Shown piece by piece: positions 60,038 through 64,000 of a DNA stretch of 64,000 bases (positions within the stretch are counted from its first letter, which is position 1; every line of letters starts with the position of its first letter). This DNA is from Eledone cirrhosa (taxonomy: Eukaryota). The stretch lies in NCBI GenBank assembly GCA_964016885.1, contig OZ024742.1, positions 123,132,001 through 123,196,000 on the forward strand. Direction: 5' to 3'. Under the pieces are notes generated by a model. The model did no database searches, had not been told where the DNA came from, and worked only from the letters and a program-made list of their open reading frames with translations. A program made the position numbers and the translations under genes.

Positions 60038-61339
60038 AGTTTTACAAGAGAAGTGTTTAGTTTATAATTTTCATAGCTCAGATTATTGGCCTAAATTATC
60101 AAAGTAGATTTGTGCTGTTCAAGAAACTGATCAGATTTATTACCTTGATATGACAACATAAAGAAATCAAAGTCACATTCCATCACTCACTGATTGGTGT
60201 TTACTTACAACTGACACTCCGAAAATCGATGCATTCATCCTCATATAGTTTGTCTCGTTTCTTATCTCCTAAATCTTGTCCTATCCTTATGGTCACTTCA
60301 GTTAAATGTCTTTTATAGATTTGCAAATGAAGATGGTGCTGTAAACAACGGACTTGTTGATATTTATTTGCTTCTCACGATCTTAACGCACTGCACTCAA
60401 CATTACTAAACAATGTATGGTTTCATAGTTACAATTTCACTATATATAATTTTATTGCGTTTCACAAAACGGCGAGAGGTTTTTGTTAATGGAATCCTAG
60501 AGCATATTCAATTTAAGGATTTAAGGAATTTATGTTGTATATCTCTTCTTTACTAAACTTGTATTATTTTTTAAATTTTATTTTTTCGTATTTTAAAGGG
60601 TACAAAATTGTCTGAAATATAACATATCCAAAGCATGAAGCTGCAATGTATAAATGTCATTTTCCACGCAATTTAAGTTTCTCTCAATGCTTATATATAT
60701 CATAGGTGCTATTTCACAGGCACCCCATTTAGAAGTGTCACTTATGGGATTAGATTGTGATATATATTAAACACATTCCATCAAGAATCGAATCAAGTTG
60801 GTGTAGACATGACTGAGTATAACTCATGCAATTAGCAAAATATCTTTGAAAACGCAATCAAATTTAGTTGTAACATCACAACGTTGAATCATGTCAACAT
60901 TCCAGTATTGCGTTGGATATTTGAAATAAACTATTTCATAGATTATGTGCCTCGGGAGTCAAAGACGACAGAATGAAACACATCTTAGATAATGGTTTTA
61001 ACACTGACATTGGTAATCACTATTCACCATTCAAATGAATTAACCGACAATGTTTTATCTAGATTCCTAAGAGCTCTAAATGTAGTTAAATATATTTTAG
61101 TTACGCTTGGAAGGGTGAACATTCATAAAACGAAAATTTAATTGATCTCACATCAAGATTTACAAAATAGCAGTTCAAATCATTGATACTGATAAAACAT
61201 GTGAGGCATTCACTAGAAAAATATAAAAAAATATGTTGCTTTGTCCAACGTATAGGTGAAAATTATATTAGACATGAAGATAGAAGTGCACATTCAGCTT
61301 TATATACATATATATCTAGCTCAATCTTAATACGGCTGA

Positions 61340-61530
61340 TTTACAAACAAACCAAGCATTATAATAAATGTTCGGTAAACCCATACATACGTATATATAT
61401 GAGTGCATGTATGTATGTATATACATACTACTGTACGTCTGTATACATATATGTATGTACGTATGCATACTTATATTTAAGTATCAGCCGTACTAAGAGT
61501 GACAAATGAAATTTCATTTTTTTCCATTGA
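61340..61530. mobile_element. MITE-family end fragment
   Basis: Reverse complement of 56400-56590. Confidence 0.7.
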
Positions 61531-63107
61531 TATTTATATATATATATATATAATATAAATCTAGCTAACTGCGGCTAAGTTGAATGTAGGTGTCAAATAA
61601 ACCACTTATAAAAAGCAAAGAAAAAAAGTGATTGTGTAAATGAAGAGCTGATATACGTATAAATAAATGGCCATTCAAGGAGCCTTGTAGCTTAGGAATT
61701 AGATTCAATGTATAAATATTTCCCCGCGAGCAATTTGATCAGCAGTGCTTTATTCCCCCGTCTGGTCAGCCATTATTCATTTGTTTGCCAGTTTCTTATT
61801 TATGAAAAGTTCATTCAACGTTTATATTTACACAATTTAAGTAAATGTCCCGACCTTCTATTTGTGTGTTGTAGATCTCTGTCTTTATGACGTATGTTAA
61901 TTTCAGGTATTACACATTTTTGTTGCTAGAATCTTTCTTAAACAAATGTTAGAAGGTTTAACAGTAGCATTGTAGACACGTTATTTGATTAAGTATTGCT
62001 ATTTTTGTTTCAATTACAATAACGTAGGGTCTCGCTATGTTAGGGTGGGTATCTCGTATAGGAGAGACTATTGTCTACACGGAATTGTGTGTGGTGTAAG
62101 GCGAAATTTTTACTCTGATTCATTACAAGAATTTGTGGCATTTACGATATCAATAGAATGTTTATCCAGGTGATTAAATAATGGCTTCCCTATCGGTGTG
62201 AAAGCTTAGAAATTCAAAGATGCGTTATACCAATAGACCAAACTCTCTCGGTTTTCATGTCTTTCTTTTCGAAGATATAATTGCATTATATATATGTCGA
62301 ATTTCCACTCTCAAACCTCACCTTATAGAAATGATATGATTCATTAGAAGTGGATTTCGTTTGAAGATAATGAATATATTTTTAGAAGATTTTGAACTAC
62401 ATATTTGAAGGTCATTTTAGAGTGCTTATGTTGTTTGTTTATTCAGAAAGGATTCTTATTACTTTTGGTATTCGTTCCATATAAAAGTCGCAATGAGAGG
62501 CCTTTCTATATAAACAAGCATTCTAACCGTCCAGAAATTATCTCCAAATATCTCGCAAACATGTTTCGCAAAGAATATATTCATTATCTTCAAACGAATA
62601 CGTTTTCAGTGAATCAGCTCACTATTATAATGAAGTGCACTTGAAAAGTGGTGCGTGATTGAAAATTCAATATATACATAAAACCAATATTACTTTAAAA
62701 TTTTGAAATACATACAACACTTGATAAAACCCAACTTCCAAACTCTAAGCTTCTTATAAAATATAATCTTTCTAGAGATATTACAATTATTCAATAGAAA
62801 TAAGGTTAAACTTTCACATTCCACCACATATACTTTAGCATAATCTCTTTTAACTCCGCCAAATTAAGAAATCTAAATGTGAGGTCAATATGTAATTACA
62901 ATTTAACAAATATCAACATGCATTGCCTGATCATAGAATACCGTGTATACCGATCCAAATCTTCCATCCTATATATCTAGATGGGAAGCACATCTAAAAC
63001 TGTACCTACAGCATAAGGTTTCTTTTAAATATGATAATAGAAGCTCTACTAGCTTACTATCGACATACATCTGAATTGAATATCTCGTAAACAATTGTTT
63101 CCAGTCA

Positions 63108-63796
63108 TCTATATATATAAAGCTGTGGTTGTCTGTCTGTCTATCGATTTTTGGCACACATCTCCTCTTAGAATCTCTGACGGAATTGCACCGAAATTGC
63201 TATACTTGTACATTGAGCCCTAGCGAAGACATCGGAAAAAAAATATTTCAAATTGACCCACCCTATGTGACGAAATCGAATCTAATGTATCGATTTTTGA
63301 GCGTAAGTGACGAGTTATTTCCCTTTGTTCTGTTTACATTGAGCGTCTTACGTTCTGTTTACATTTTCTGCGTGCAAAAATTAAAAAAATTACGCTGGCT
63401 TTCTCAGCATTTAAAATGACATTAACACAATACACGAACAGTTGTCGAGCCAGCAAAATTTTGACCTGCAAAATTCATCAGTTCGAACACTAAGCTTCCG
63501 TTTTGGTTCATTTCCATTTAAAAGCCTTTTAAAACAATATTTTTACTTGAAAACAAGTCTATTTAAAGACTACGTAAAACAAGCAAATATTTCCGCTTTT
63601 GTTATAAAATTCGGGTTATCGTTATGTTTTCTTAACTTCATAAGGCATATTGTTGGTTGAGGGACTATTAATCAAAAACACCACATGCAAGTCTGCACTG
63701 TAGACACTACAGTTTTTAAGCCAAAAAAGAAACTTAATATTGTAACTTTAACACAGCTACTGAGCGACCCCGTGCAACGCCGGGCTTTACTGCTAG
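63108..63796 (+). mobile_element. Non-autonomous Helitron (689 bp)
   Basis: a|TCTATATATATAAAG 5' end, hairpin CCCGTGCAACGCCGGG at 63769-63784 and CTAG|t 3' end. Confidence 0.85.
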
Positions 63797-64000
63797 TAAT
63801 ACATAAAAACATAATAGAAATCTGGCCGATGATTAAGTAAAAGTGGAATCAGAAACAATATTAAATAGAAATTGAGAATTCATCTGATCCTCTACATAAC
63901 GTATACTTTTCCTTGCGATATATTAAACATATAAACTATTCAAACAAATACCTTTCCATAGTTTCAAGGAAACGTATAGCATTTTAGCCTATTCTAACTC

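Overview
AT-rich, microsatellite-dense eukaryotic DNA with no host gene I can support. The SINE and microsatellite style suggests a coleoid cephalopod, but that is inference. The window is dominated by five L1/Tx1-clade non-LTR retrotransposons (A-E), each with an ORF1 carrying a CCHC knuckle and an ORF2 of APE endonuclease, RT and C-terminal zinc finger. B, C and D form a head-to-tail minus-strand array (17.4-35.1 kb) joined by (GATA)n tracts. B and D have intact ORFs, C has one nonsense codon, and A and E are damaged and rearranged. Most striking: all five copies carry a consensus 5' splice donor overlapping the ORF1 stop, and B, C and D have a pyrimidine tract plus TAG acceptor at the ORF2 stop. 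Joining donor to acceptor regenerates an in-frame stop at once, even where the donor phase differs, so ORF2 looks like one ~3.5 kb intron that would yield an ORF1-only mRNA. Other points: a 91-bp exact copy of C's 3' end upstream of C's 5' end, covarying UTR hairpins, module shuffling among copies, two Helitrons (one retaining spliced Rep N-terminal exons), Penelope-type hammerhead motifs, tRNA-derived SINEs, a MITE family, and RTE, pogo and Tc1 relics.
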